Of a DNA stretch of 60,553 bases, positions 1-8,807 are shown piece by piece. The notes beneath the pieces were generated by a model. It did no database searches. It saw only the letters and a list, made by a program, of their open reading frames with translations, and was not told where the DNA came from. Every line of letters begins with the position of its first letter. The first letter of the stretch is position 1. The stretch is from Flavobacteriales bacterium (GTDB taxonomy: Bacteria; Bacteroidota; Bacteroidia; Flavobacteriales_F; PHOS-HE28). Location of the stretch: the NCBI GenBank assembly GCA_016787995.1, contig JAEUTB010000197.1:1-60553 (forward strand). The letters are read 5' to 3'. The translations under genes were made by a program, and so were the position numbers.

Positions 1-1
1 G

Positions 2-1021
2 CTCTCTTCGATCGAGCACATACTGCGGACGAAGAACTACGATGCCTTCGGTCTGAGGAGGTTGTATGCCAATCTTCTTCGCGAGGCTGGCATCGAACAT
101 CAGATCGTGCTAACGACCGATCGCAGTGATTCGCCCTTCGACGCCACTTTCGAGAATCACAGCTACATCCGGGACTTTCTGCTCTACTTCCCAACGATAG
201 ACAAGTACCTGGAGCCGGAGCGCCATGATCTGGGTCTGGGCTATCCCGGTTCCGAGCACACAGGTACATCAGGTCTTTTCATCCGGAATGTTGAACTGGG
301 CGGTGTGTTCGCAGGTGTGGGTTCGGTGAAGACGATTCCTCAGCTACCGGCCGAGTCAACCACCCACGATATGCAGGTCGATGTCCGGTTCAATGTGGAT
401 GCCTCGGAAGCCACTATCGTTCACAAGAATGAGATGTCCGGCTATTACGCGAGCTATTGGCAGAATTTCCATCTCTACATGAACGAGGATCAACGCACGC
501 AGATGTACGATGCGCTGCTCGGCTTCCTCATCAATGGGGCCCACGAGAAGAAGATCACCGTGGCCAACGCAGGCTTGATCAACTTCGGGGTGGTCCCGCT
601 CCAGTTGCAAGCAGAGGTGACCACCAACATGTTCACCCATCAGGCCGGAGATGAAGTGCTGTTCGATCTTGGATCATTGATCGGCCCACAAATGGAGATG
701 TACGCAGAGGAGGAGCGCCTACTTCCTGTTGACGAGTACTACCAGCGACGGTACACCCGAACTCTGACCGTGTCGCTGCCACAGGGGTACGTGTGCCGTG
801 ACTTGACCTCGGTGAACATCGACCGGGAACTTGTTATGGATGGAAAGGTCCTAGCCTCGTTCCGCTCGAACGCCACCCTGGTCGATGGAAAGATCGAGGT
901 AACTGCCAATGAGGTGTACTCGACCACCCACGTACCCGTGGAGAACTTCGAGGCTTGGCGTTCAGTGATCAATGCAGCGGCCGATTTCAATAAGGTGAAG
1001 CTCGTTCTGTCCAAAGAATAG
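2..1021 (+). CDS. C-terminal part (5'-truncated at window edge) of a large transglutaminase-associated / DUF3858-like protein (family tentative)
   Basis: The frame of ORF 62..1021 stays open back to base 2, and the listed M at 62 is a TTG. The gene therefore starts upstream of the window. Family call is from recollection of Bacteroidota DUF3857/transglutaminase/DUF3858 proteins and is unverified. Confidence 0.55.
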   Translation, partial: LSSIEHILRTKNYDAFGLRRLYANLLREAGIEHQIVLTTDRSDSPFDATFENHSYIRDFLLYFPTIDKYLEPERHDLGLGYPGSEHTGTSGLFIRNVELGGVFAGVGSVKTIPQLPAESTTHDMQVDVRFNVDASEATIVHKNEMSGYYASYWQNFHLYMNEDQRTQMYDALLGFLINGAHEKKITVANAGLINFGVVPLQLQAEVTTNMFTHQAGDEVLFDLGSLIGPQMEMYAEEERLLPVDEYYQRRYTRTLTVSLPQGYVCRDLTSVNIDRELVMDGKVLASFRSNATLVDGKIEVTANEVYSTTHVPVENFEAWRSVINAAADFNKVKLVLSKE

Positions 1022-1174
1022 CGGTGGCCATGGAACTCCCCGAGTGGCGTGCTATCCGTTCTTCCCACAGTGCCCAATAGTGCTGTTCCGCTGCGCACCG
1101 TGCTGCGCCACTCGGTTCCTGACTTCAACGACAGCGCGTCCGTTACTGCTTGGTACCGCCGACCTTTGCGCTCG

Positions 1175-1795
1175 ATGATCCCGGTGCTTTCCGCATTCTA
1201 TTTCGGCTCGGTGGAGCATTATCGGCTGTTGGCTTCCTGTCCGAAGGTCATCATCGATATCGGTGAACACTATGAACGCCAGAGTTATCGCACACGCACC
1301 AGTATCGTAGGACCCAACGGTGTGCAAGACCTCAACGTGCAGATCAGTCGTGACCATGGGCGCAAGATGCCCATGCGAGATGTCGGCCTGAGCTACGTGG
1401 AGTCATGGCCCCAGCAGCACCTCCATGCCATCCGCAGCGCCTACGGGAATGCGCCTTGGTTCATTCATTATGTCGATGACGTCGAAGCACTGCTCCTAAA
1501 GCGCTACGAACACCTCGTGGACTTGGACTTGGCTACCCTGCGGTCGGGAATGAAATGGCTAGGCATAAAGACCGAGGTGGTGGTGAGTGAGAAGTACGTG
1601 GAGGTGGATGACCTGCCCGATGCCGTGGATCTTCGTCAGGCCTTGCATCCGAAATCACCGCTGCCGCGATCGGTCACCGCTGTGCCCCCCTACCCTCAAG
1701 TTTTCCAGGAAAGGCATGGCTATCAGCGTCGCCTGAGCGTCTTGGACCTCGTGTGCAATGCTGGTCCAAGGTCGCGGGATATCCTTCTCGGTTGA
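1175..1795 (+). CDS. WbqC-like family protein
   Basis: SAFYFGSVEHYRLL and YERQSYRTRTSIVGPNG are typical of the WbqC family. The ATG at 1175 is preferred because the 42-codon extension from 1049 is Pro/Arg/Ser-rich. Confidence 0.8.
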   Translation: MIPVLSAFYFGSVEHYRLLASCPKVIIDIGEHYERQSYRTRTSIVGPNGVQDLNVQISRDHGRKMPMRDVGLSYVESWPQQHLHAIRSAYGNAPWFIHYVDDVEALLLKRYEHLVDLDLATLRSGMKWLGIKTEVVVSEKYVEVDDLPDAVDLRQALHPKSPLPRSVTAVPPYPQVFQERHGYQRRLSVLDLVCNAGPRSRDILLG

Positions 1796-1848
1796 TACCA
1801 TGACCGATTCGATCATTCGTTGAGGATCGGAGTTCCGATCTTCGCAGT

Positions 1849-2412
1849 ATGGACCTCGTTCGTTCAACCATCCAGCGGTATGTGGACCTTTCTGACGCCG
1901 ATTGGCAACGGATCGCTCCACTGTGGCACGAAAGAGCATTTACCAAAGGGGCTCACATCTGCCCCGCCGGTGAGGTCGAACAGTGGTTCTACATCGTTAA
2001 GAGCGGTGTGCAGCGCCTCTCCTTCTTCCATGAGGGCAACGATGTCTGTGTAGGTTTCGCTTACGACGGAAGTTGGTGCGGCGAATACGCATCCTTCGTG
2101 TCGCGGAAACCTGCACGCTTCGATGTGAAGGCCATTTCCGATACTGTGCTCGTCGGTATCCGCCATGAGGACCTGCAACGACTCTACTCCGAAATGAAGA
2201 TCATGGAGCGCTTCGGTCGCCTGATCCTGGAGGAGTTGCTCATCGGCCGCGCTGTGCGCGAGGTCGAGCAACTTAGTTTGAGCGCCGAGGAACGGTATGA
2301 TCGATTGGTGCAACGCAGCCCACAGTTGCTGCAACTCGTGTCGCAGAAGGATATCGCTAGCTACCTCCGTATGACACCGGAGACCTTTAGCCGGCTGCGC
2401 AGACGACGCTGA
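1849..2412 (+). CDS. Crp/Fnr family transcriptional regulator
   Basis: An N-terminal cyclic-nucleotide-binding-type barrel is followed by a C-terminal HTH (SQKDIASYLRMTPETFSRLRR). Confidence 0.85.
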   Translation: MDLVRSTIQRYVDLSDADWQRIAPLWHERAFTKGAHICPAGEVEQWFYIVKSGVQRLSFFHEGNDVCVGFAYDGSWCGEYASFVSRKPARFDVKAISDTVLVGIRHEDLQRLYSEMKIMERFGRLILEELLIGRAVREVEQLSLSAEERYDRLVQRSPQLLQLVSQKDIASYLRMTPETFSRLRRRR

Positions 2413-2467
2413 ACGTTCTTGATCCAGGTCAAGTGCAGAACACCCCTTGGCCCGGTTCCTTTGTAGC

Positions 2468-3028
2468 ATGAAAGTGGACCTGATGATCGAGGAGCTGAGG
2501 GCGGTTCTTCAAGCCCAGCAAGCACGTGCACGCGAGATCGCTGCCCTGCCAGGCACATCGCTTCTGAAGCGCCCGACGCCTGAGGCGTGGAACGTACTGG
2601 AGGTGTTCGAGCACCTCAACCTGAGCAGCGGTGTTTACGTGCGTGGTCTGGAGGAGGTGTTCGCCCGCAAGGCGGCCAGCCATCGGCCGAACAACGACTT
2701 CACCCCAGGCGTGCTCGGCGATTGGTTCACCACTGGACTGGAGCCGCAGCCAGGGGGGGGCATCAAATGGCGCATGCGCACCATGAAGATGTTCGACCCA
2801 GCCAGGAACGCTGGCGCCTCGTTGGAGAGTATCACCCGGTTCATCGACTTCTGTTCGCGCCTCCTGGTCCTTCTGGAGAAGGCCCGTACCACCGACCTGA
2901 ACAAGCTGCGGGTCACCAGCAGTCTGGGGCCAATCATCCGGTTCAAGGCGGGTGATGCCTTCCGCTTCCCGGTCGCCCACCAACGCCGGCACTTCCTGCA
3001 GATCGAGCGGCTCCTGGCTATGGACTGA
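2468..3028 (+). CDS. DinB family protein
   Basis: DinB_2-like helical-bundle pattern (WNVLEVFEHL ... FPVAHQRRHFLQIERLL). ATG at 2468 (MKVDLM) is preferred over 2447. Confidence 0.75.
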   Translation: MKVDLMIEELRAVLQAQQARAREIAALPGTSLLKRPTPEAWNVLEVFEHLNLSSGVYVRGLEEVFARKAASHRPNNDFTPGVLGDWFTTGLEPQPGGGIKWRMRTMKMFDPARNAGASLESITRFIDFCSRLLVLLEKARTTDLNKLRVTSSLGPIIRFKAGDAFRFPVAHQRRHFLQIERLLAMD

Positions 3029-3041
3029 GCCCACCGAACAC

Positions 3042-3070
3042 AAAAGGCCGTGCGCTTGGCACGGCCTTTT
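3042..3070. terminator. Bidirectional rho-independent terminator between convergent genes
   Basis: aaaaggccgtgc-gcttg-gcacggcctttt forms a perfect 12-bp stem including the A/T runs, with a 5-nt loop. An A-run lies on one side and a T-run on the other. Confidence 0.75.
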
Positions 3071-3089
3071 GCGGTGAAGGGTTTACGCC

Positions 3090-3980
3090 CTATTTGTTCT
3101 CCATTTCACTGGCTTGCTTCAGCCCTTGCTCGATCATGCCATAGAACTGATCCATCTTCGGCAGGATGACGATGCGCGTGCGGCGGTTGGTGCTGCGGTT
3201 CTCCGGCGTGTCGTTCGCCACCAGCGGGACGTATTCGCTCCGGCCACCGGCGGTGATGCGTCCAGGGCTCACGGCGTAATCGTTCTGCAAGACACGGGTG
3301 ATAGCCACCGCGCGTTGTACGCTCAGGTCCCAGTTATCCTTGATGCAATCGCGGCTGATGGGAACGTTGTCCGTATGGCCTTCGACCAGCACCTCCATGT
3401 CGGGTTTGGAGTTCACCACGGTGGCCACTTTCGAAAGCACCTCCTTGGCGCGGGGTGAAATGGTGGTGCTGCCACTGTTGAACACCATCTTGTCGCTTAG
3501 GGAGATGAACACCACGCTTTTCTCCACGTTCACTACCACATCCGTATCGTTCAGGTTGCCCAATGCGCTTTTCAAGTTGACGACCAGGGCCAGCGTCACG
3601 GAATCCTTCTTGGTCAGCGCATCGTGCAGGCTGCGGATGCGCAAGTCCTGTTCCTTGATCTGCTCCAAGGACTTCTCCAGGTTCTCTGCTTCCTTTGCTG
3701 AAAGCGTGGCCATTTGGCTGACGTTGTTCAGCAACGCCGCATTGGTATTGTTCAACTGGTTCACCTGGTCTTTCAGGTGCTGGTTCTTGTTCTCCAGTTC
3801 GGCCAGGCGGGCATCCAGGATGGACTTCTGGCTGTTGCAATCGCCTAGGGCGCGATTGGCCTCATCCAATTTGGTCTTCAGCGTTTCGTTAGAAGCCTGC
3901 AAGGCGACATGCTTCTTCTTCGATACGCAAGAGCCCAGCAGTACGATGACGCCGAGCGAAAGCAGTAGTGTCCTTTTCAT
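3090..3980 (-). CDS. OmpA family lipoprotein with long coiled-coil
   Basis: Lipoprotein signal (LLGSC), heptad-rich central region and a C-terminal OmpA/MotB domain (GHTDNVPI ... NRRTRIVILP). Confidence 0.9.
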   Translation of the reverse strand: MKRTLLLSLGVIVLLGSCVSKKKHVALQASNETLKTKLDEANRALGDCNSQKSILDARLAELENKNQHLKDQVNQLNNTNAALLNNVSQMATLSAKEAENLEKSLEQIKEQDLRIRSLHDALTKKDSVTLALVVNLKSALGNLNDTDVVVNVEKSVVFISLSDKMVFNSGSTTISPRAKEVLSKVATVVNSKPDMEVLVEGHTDNVPISRDCIKDNWDLSVQRAVAITRVLQNDYAVSPGRITAGGRSEYVPLVANDTPENRSTNRRTRIVILPKMDQFYGMIEQGLKQASEMENK

Positions 3981-4010
3981 GGTCTGTTCTTCGGTGGGCC
4001 GAAGGTAAAC

Positions 4011-5264
4011 CTACTTCGCGGCTTCTCCGGCCTGGTTCGCGCGCCGCTTCATCCAACGCTCGCGAATGTGGAAAGCCGCGGCGAGAGCGATCATCAACAG
4101 CACCGGCTCGGCCAGCAACCGATGCCGTGTTTCGAAGTAGAAGCTGCATTGCACGAGCGAAAGCGCCACTACGGCAAGCAGTGGACCTGTGAGCCAACGC
4201 GCTCGGAGTGCGACACCCCACAAGATCAGGAGCAGTGTGACGCATGATCCCACTTTGTAGAGCGAAAGGGCTGCGGTGGACGCGGTAGATCCATGGTCCA
4301 CCCCGAGCTGCGACCGGAAAAGCCAGAAGTTCTTCATCTTGACCAGGAACATGCGCCACCAGAGTCCCGGACTCGCCTCCAGCTCCGTGTGCCATTTCGA
4401 GCGGAAGAAAGCCGAACGTTCTACAGGATCCATCTCGAACAACCCGAACCGTTCAGGTTCCGAAAGCAGGTGTGCATAGCTGCGTCCATCGGCCATGTGC
4501 CCCGACCCTTCCGTCTCTTCCTGCAGGCCCATCCAGATCATCTGGTCGGTGACGGAGGTCAATTGGTACCGACCGCTCACCCGTTCATTCCGGACCAGCC
4601 AGAGCGACAATGGGCCGAACAATAGGACCACCATACCGAGCTTGAACGGAAGTGATGCGCTGTTCACGATGAAGCGGAAATGGTCGATCAGGAAGGGCAG
4701 CATGAAGACCCCAAGGGTGGGTCGGTTCAGCAAAGCGAGGCCGCCGACCGCGAAAAGGGCCAACATGGTTCCCCTGCGCTCCGGCGTTGCACGAACCGCC
4801 AAAAAGAGGAGTGCAGTGGCCAACAGGGCATCCCAAGCGAACGGGTGGATCATACGTGCCTGGTAGAAAGCCAGGAACGGGCTGAATGCCGTCAACAGAG
4901 AGCTGCCGAGTGCGACACTTTTCGCGTAAGCGCGGCCGGTCAAGAGGTGCAAGGCCATCTGATGGACGACCCATGCCGTGGCCGTGCCACATGCCACTTG
5001 GAATACCAGTACGGCCCATGGATCCAGGCCTATTGCATAGATCATGGCCACCACGGCCGTATATACCGGGAATTGGAAGGTGGGGTCCCAGTGCCCGAGA
5101 TAGTGGTATCTGAATTGACCTGAAGCGAGCCACTCCACCGCCATGGTGTGCGCCTCGAAAGCTTTCTCCACCCGCATCAGCAAGAGCTTCACGGCCGCAG
5201 AAATGATCAGCACCACCGCCAACCAAGGAAAGACCCGGGTCGGCTTGATCGGGGGGGAATGCAT
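4011..5264 (-). CDS. Polytopic membrane protein, GT-C fold glycosyltransferase-like (ArnT/PMT-type)
   Basis: More than 8 hydrophobic segments with loop pattern and length like ArnT/PMT_2 family proteins. ATG at 5264 (MHSPPIKP) is preferred; the 49-codon extension to 5411 would abut the divergent gene. Confidence 0.6.
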   Translation of the reverse strand: MHSPPIKPTRVFPWLAVVLIISAAVKLLLMRVEKAFEAHTMAVEWLASGQFRYHYLGHWDPTFQFPVYTAVVAMIYAIGLDPWAVLVFQVACGTATAWVVHQMALHLLTGRAYAKSVALGSSLLTAFSPFLAFYQARMIHPFAWDALLATALLFLAVRATPERRGTMLALFAVGGLALLNRPTLGVFMLPFLIDHFRFIVNSASLPFKLGMVVLLFGPLSLWLVRNERVSGRYQLTSVTDQMIWMGLQEETEGSGHMADGRSYAHLLSEPERFGLFEMDPVERSAFFRSKWHTELEASPGLWWRMFLVKMKNFWLFRSQLGVDHGSTASTAALSLYKVGSCVTLLLILWGVALRARWLTGPLLAVVALSLVQCSFYFETRHRLLAEPVLLMIALAAAFHIRERWMKRRANQAGEAAK

Positions 5265-5411
5265 GTTGCTCAAAAGTAGGTTCCAGGTTCCTGATCTAGG
5301 GGCAGAGCGGGGTGCGAACAGCCCAACGTCCATACTCATCCACACTGCCTTGTTCACCATGCTCCTCGGGGCACATGAAGGAACCGTGCGCTGCTGCGGT
5401 TCTTTGCACAC

Positions 5412-6833
5412 ATGGCCCTTAGTCGTTTCTGGACCTTCATCTTGCTCCTAAGCATCATCTATGTGCTGGTGATGCTCGGCACCGGTCGGCAGTACAGCCT
5501 CGGTAGCTTGATCAATGGTAAACAGGGTGAGGCGCTCGTGGTGGCTGAGTTCGACACCGCCTCGTATGCTGATAGCGAAGTGCTGCGGACCTTGCAGGTC
5601 GCCGGTTCCGAGCAGCATGGCGATACGCTGTACAGCCTGAGCAAGAGCGGTGCTTTGGTGAAGAGCGTTGGTACTCAGCCTGCCGATGGCCTGTTCGCTA
5701 CCTGCCGCAACACCATCACCGATCTCTGGCTGCCGTTGATCGGCTACCTCACCTTCTTCTGTGGCTTGCTGAACCTACTGATCGATTCCCGCGCCATGGA
5801 GAAGGTGGCGCGCTTCCTCTCCCCCGTTTTCCATCGGGTGTTCCCCGAACTGCGGAAGGACCACCCCGCCTATGGGTTCATGACGCTCAATTTCGCGGCC
5901 AACTTCCTGGGGTTGGATAGTGCGGCTACTCCATTCGGGTTGAAGGCCATGGAGAGCATGCAGGAGGACAATCCTCAGAAGGATCGTGCCACCAACAGCC
6001 AGATCATGTTCCTCTGCCTGCACGCCGCAGGCCTCACACTGCTCCCCACCAGCATCATCGGCTACCGCGCCGCCCAGGGTGCAGCCAATCCGGCCGACAT
6101 CATGATCCCGTGCATCATCACGAGTTTCGTGGGCACCTTGGTGGCCTTATTCCTTGTGGCCGCGAAGCAGCGCAACAACCTCTTCAACCTACCGGTCATG
6201 CTCGCCGTTCTAGGTGTAAGCGTGCTCATCGGCGGCCTCATGGCGTACATCAGCGGATTGGCGGGTGTGGCCAAGTTCCACTTCACGGACAACCTCAGCA
6301 ATGGCATGCTGCTGGTCATCATCGGCCTCATCGTGGGTTATGCCTTCCTGGTGGAACGCTATTTCATCGAGAAGGGCACGAACATGTTCGACAGCTTCGT
6401 GCATGGTGCCAAGGACGGTTTCACGACCGGACTTCGCGTGCTGCCCTACATGCTGGCCATGCTCGCAGCGCTCAGCATCTTCCGCAATAGCGGTCTCATG
6501 GGCATCGTGATGGATGGGCTTTCTTGGGCGTTGGCATTGGTAGGCGTGGAAAAGGCCGTGATCGATGCCATTCCCGTGGCGTTGATGCGCCCCTTCAGCG
6601 CCGGCGGGTCCCGTGGTTTCATGCTCGATGCCATGAAGACCTACGGTCCCGATAGCCTTACTGGTCAGCTTTCCTGCCTTTTCCAAGGCGCGGCTGAGAC
6701 CACTTTTTATGTGGTGGCGCTCTACTTTGGGTCGGTCAACGTGAAGGACAGCCGCTACACGCTCGGCATCATGCTCCTCGCCGACCTTGCGTGCGTGATC
6801 ACTGCGGTGTTCGTGTGCAAGCTGTATTTCTGA
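5412..6833 (+). CDS. Nucleoside-recognition (Gate) domain membrane protein, fused SpmA/SpmB-like
   Basis: The SpmA-like half (NFAANFLGLDSAATPFGLKAME) and SpmB-like half (PVALMRPFSAGGSRGF ... ETTFYVVALYFGSV) lie in one ORF. Confidence 0.85.
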   Translation: MALSRFWTFILLLSIIYVLVMLGTGRQYSLGSLINGKQGEALVVAEFDTASYADSEVLRTLQVAGSEQHGDTLYSLSKSGALVKSVGTQPADGLFATCRNTITDLWLPLIGYLTFFCGLLNLLIDSRAMEKVARFLSPVFHRVFPELRKDHPAYGFMTLNFAANFLGLDSAATPFGLKAMESMQEDNPQKDRATNSQIMFLCLHAAGLTLLPTSIIGYRAAQGAANPADIMIPCIITSFVGTLVALFLVAAKQRNNLFNLPVMLAVLGVSVLIGGLMAYISGLAGVAKFHFTDNLSNGMLLVIIGLIVGYAFLVERYFIEKGTNMFDSFVHGAKDGFTTGLRVLPYMLAMLAALSIFRNSGLMGIVMDGLSWALALVGVEKAVIDAIPVALMRPFSAGGSRGFMLDAMKTYGPDSLTGQLSCLFQGAAETTFYVVALYFGSVNVKDSRYTLGIMLLADLACVITAVFVCKLYF

Positions 6834-6881
6834 TCGTGTCGGATACAGCGTAGGAAGAACGATCTTCGCGCTCCTTAAGCC

Positions 6882-7409
6882 ATGCCGAAACTCCCTACCA
6901 CGCTCAAGATCAAGAAGCTCCGTTCGCCCATTCACGGCAACGGCGTCATCGCCATCGCACCCATCCGCAAGGGTGAAGCCATCGTTGAATACAAAGGACG
7001 CCTGATGACACACGCAGCGGCGGATGAGGTCTACCATGGTGATGTGACCTCCGGACACACCTTCCTCTTCACCCTCAACGACGAGTGGATCATTGACGCC
7101 AATGTGCGCGGTACCGTTGCCCGCTGGATCAACACCAGCTGCGAGCCGAACGCCATCGCCTTCATCCACAGTGAGAAGAAGAAGAACCCCGATCCAAAGA
7201 AGGATCGAGTGATCATCGAAGCCCTGCGGGCGATCAAACCCGGTGAGGAGATCACCTACGACTACGGCTTCGAGTTCGACGTACCCTACACCGCCAAACT
7301 GCTCAAGACCTGGGCTTGCCACTGCGGCTCCAAGAAGTGCCGCGGTACCATGTTGGGCGGGAAGAAATACAAGGCCTTCGTGAAGGCCAACCCCGACTGG
7401 AACAAGTGA
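6882..7409 (+). CDS. SET domain protein-lysine methyltransferase-like
   Basis: SET motifs GNGVIA, NTSCEPN and ITYDYGF, plus a post-SET Cys cluster (WACHCGSKKCRG). Confidence 0.85.
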   Translation: MPKLPTTLKIKKLRSPIHGNGVIAIAPIRKGEAIVEYKGRLMTHAAADEVYHGDVTSGHTFLFTLNDEWIIDANVRGTVARWINTSCEPNAIAFIHSEKKKNPDPKKDRVIIEALRAIKPGEEITYDYGFEFDVPYTAKLLKTWACHCGSKKCRGTMLGGKKYKAFVKANPDWNK

Positions 7410-7475
7410 CCATCACCGGCTCCCGGATCATTGGCACGTCGTTTGACAAGAAGGCACCGAATTAGCTTTGCCCCC

Positions 7476-8126
7476 ATGAAAAGGACCCTCTTGCTCACCG
7501 TTTGCTCCGTGGTATTGGCGTTGGGCGTTCATGCTCAGGACGATGCCCGAAGCAAGGCGGTGTTGGATAAGCTCATCACCAAAGCCAAGGCTTGGACCAG
7601 CTTCGAAGCGGACTTCTCCAGCCGTCTGCAGAACACCAAGGACAAATTGGATGTGAAGCAGGAAGGGAACATGAAGGTGAAAGGCAAGAAATTCAGGCTC
7701 GTCTTGGACAAGAACACCATCATCAACGATGGCACCACCTTGTACACCTACAATAAGGACGCGAATGAGGTGAACCTGAGCGACCCCGCTGAGATGGACC
7801 AGGAACTGGATCCAAGTACCCTCTTCACGCAGTACGAGAAAGGCTTCAAGAGCGCTTTCGTGGACGAGAAGGCCGACGCCGCCGGTGTCATGGTCCAGAC
7901 CATCAAGCTCTTCCCATTGGAGCCCACCAAGAAGGCTTTCCACACCGTTATCATCGCGGTGGACAAGGCAAAGGTCGAGCCTAAGAGCATTCAGGTCTTG
8001 TACAAGGACGGCAACCAGGTCACCTATACCTTGAAGAAGTTCACGGCGAACCCCGAATTGGCCGATGCGCTGTTCACGTTCGACAAGGCGAAGTACCCGG
8101 GTGTGGAAGTGAACGATATGCGGTAG
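7476..8126 (+). CDS. LolA-like outer-membrane lipoprotein carrier family protein
   Basis: Signal peptide MKRTLLLTVCSVVLALGVHAQ. Size and alternating-strand pattern match LolA-like proteins. ATG at 7476 is preferred over 7431. Confidence 0.75.
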   Translation: MKRTLLLTVCSVVLALGVHAQDDARSKAVLDKLITKAKAWTSFEADFSSRLQNTKDKLDVKQEGNMKVKGKKFRLVLDKNTIINDGTTLYTYNKDANEVNLSDPAEMDQELDPSTLFTQYEKGFKSAFVDEKADAAGVMVQTIKLFPLEPTKKAFHTVIIAVDKAKVEPKSIQVLYKDGNQVTYTLKKFTANPELADALFTFDKAKYPGVEVNDMR

Positions 8127-8149
8127 GGAACCCACATGCACGCTTGAAG

Positions 8150-8170
8150 GGCCACCGCACGGTGGCCTTT
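8150..8170 (+). terminator. Rho-independent terminator
   Basis: ggccacc-gcac-ggtggcc followed by tttcgcgttt, 24 nt after the stop at 8126. Confidence 0.6.
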
Positions 8171-8189
8171 CGCGTTTACCTTGTGGCCA

Positions 8190-8768
8190 ATGGTCCACCT
8201 CGCTTTGGCGTTAACCGTATTCTACGTCTCACATAGCCTGCTCGCTTGGACCGGAGTGAAGCGATGGGTCCATTCCTTGATGGGCTTGGTTCGGTGGTAC
8301 CGGGCGGTGTATACGGTGATAGCGCTCCTCCTCCTGGCTTGGGTGTATGTGGCCTACAGCGCAGCAGGTCATCGCCAGGCATTCTGGGCGAGCGGACTTC
8401 CGATGTCCGTAGCTGGGTGGTCGCTTATTCTTCTTGGTGCCTATCTGGCTTCAGTCGCCGTACTTCGGTTCGGAGGTATGGCCTTTCTCGGCTTCACGCC
8501 GGAACCACCTGGTGCGCTGGTCCGCAGTGGCCTACACGGTCATATCCGTCATCCGATCTACTCGGGCGTGCTCCTTTCCTTGGTCGGCTGGCTCTGCCTA
8601 TCTCCTAATTGGCCTACCGTGCTGTCGAGCCTGATCACGGTGCTGTACCTCCCCATCGGCATCCATCTGGAAGAACTGAAGTTGATCGCGGTCCATGGGG
8701 ATGCCTACCGTCGTTATCGCGAGGAGGTTCCAGCGCTTGTGCCACGTTGGCGCACCAAGGTGGGGTGA
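8190..8768 (+). CDS. Membrane methyltransferase, ICMT/phospholipid methyltransferase family
   Basis: Multi-TM protein with the HIRHPIYSG motif typical of the ICMT/PEMT fold. The track start at 8181 is a TTG; an ATG lies at 8190. Confidence 0.7.
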   Translation: MVHLALALTVFYVSHSLLAWTGVKRWVHSLMGLVRWYRAVYTVIALLLLAWVYVAYSAAGHRQAFWASGLPMSVAGWSLILLGAYLASVAVLRFGGMAFLGFTPEPPGALVRSGLHGHIRHPIYSGVLLSLVGWLCLSPNWPTVLSSLITVLYLPIGIHLEELKLIAVHGDAYRRYREEVPALVPRWRTKVG

Positions 8769-8807
8769 TCGCGCGTTACGCTCCACCACCGATCTCATTC
8801 ACCGGTC

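Noticed and set aside
5265-5411. N-terminal extensions of track ORFs
   Set aside because: The case given by these coordinates is 5265..5411. The same applies to 26853..26969, 40276..40413, 32112..32213, 32066..32200, 10403..10600, 50785..50892 and 53294..53377. The extensions are Arg/Ser/Pro-rich. They overlap neighbouring genes or divergent promoters. Internal ATGs sit directly before signal peptides or conserved N-terminal motifs, or create ATGA couplings.
6210-7322. 370-aa minus-strand ORF spanning the end of the SpmA/B gene and the SET gene
   Set aside because: It runs antisense to two genes with clear family motifs. The composition (runs of D/E/H/G/V) is non-protein-like and no motif is present.
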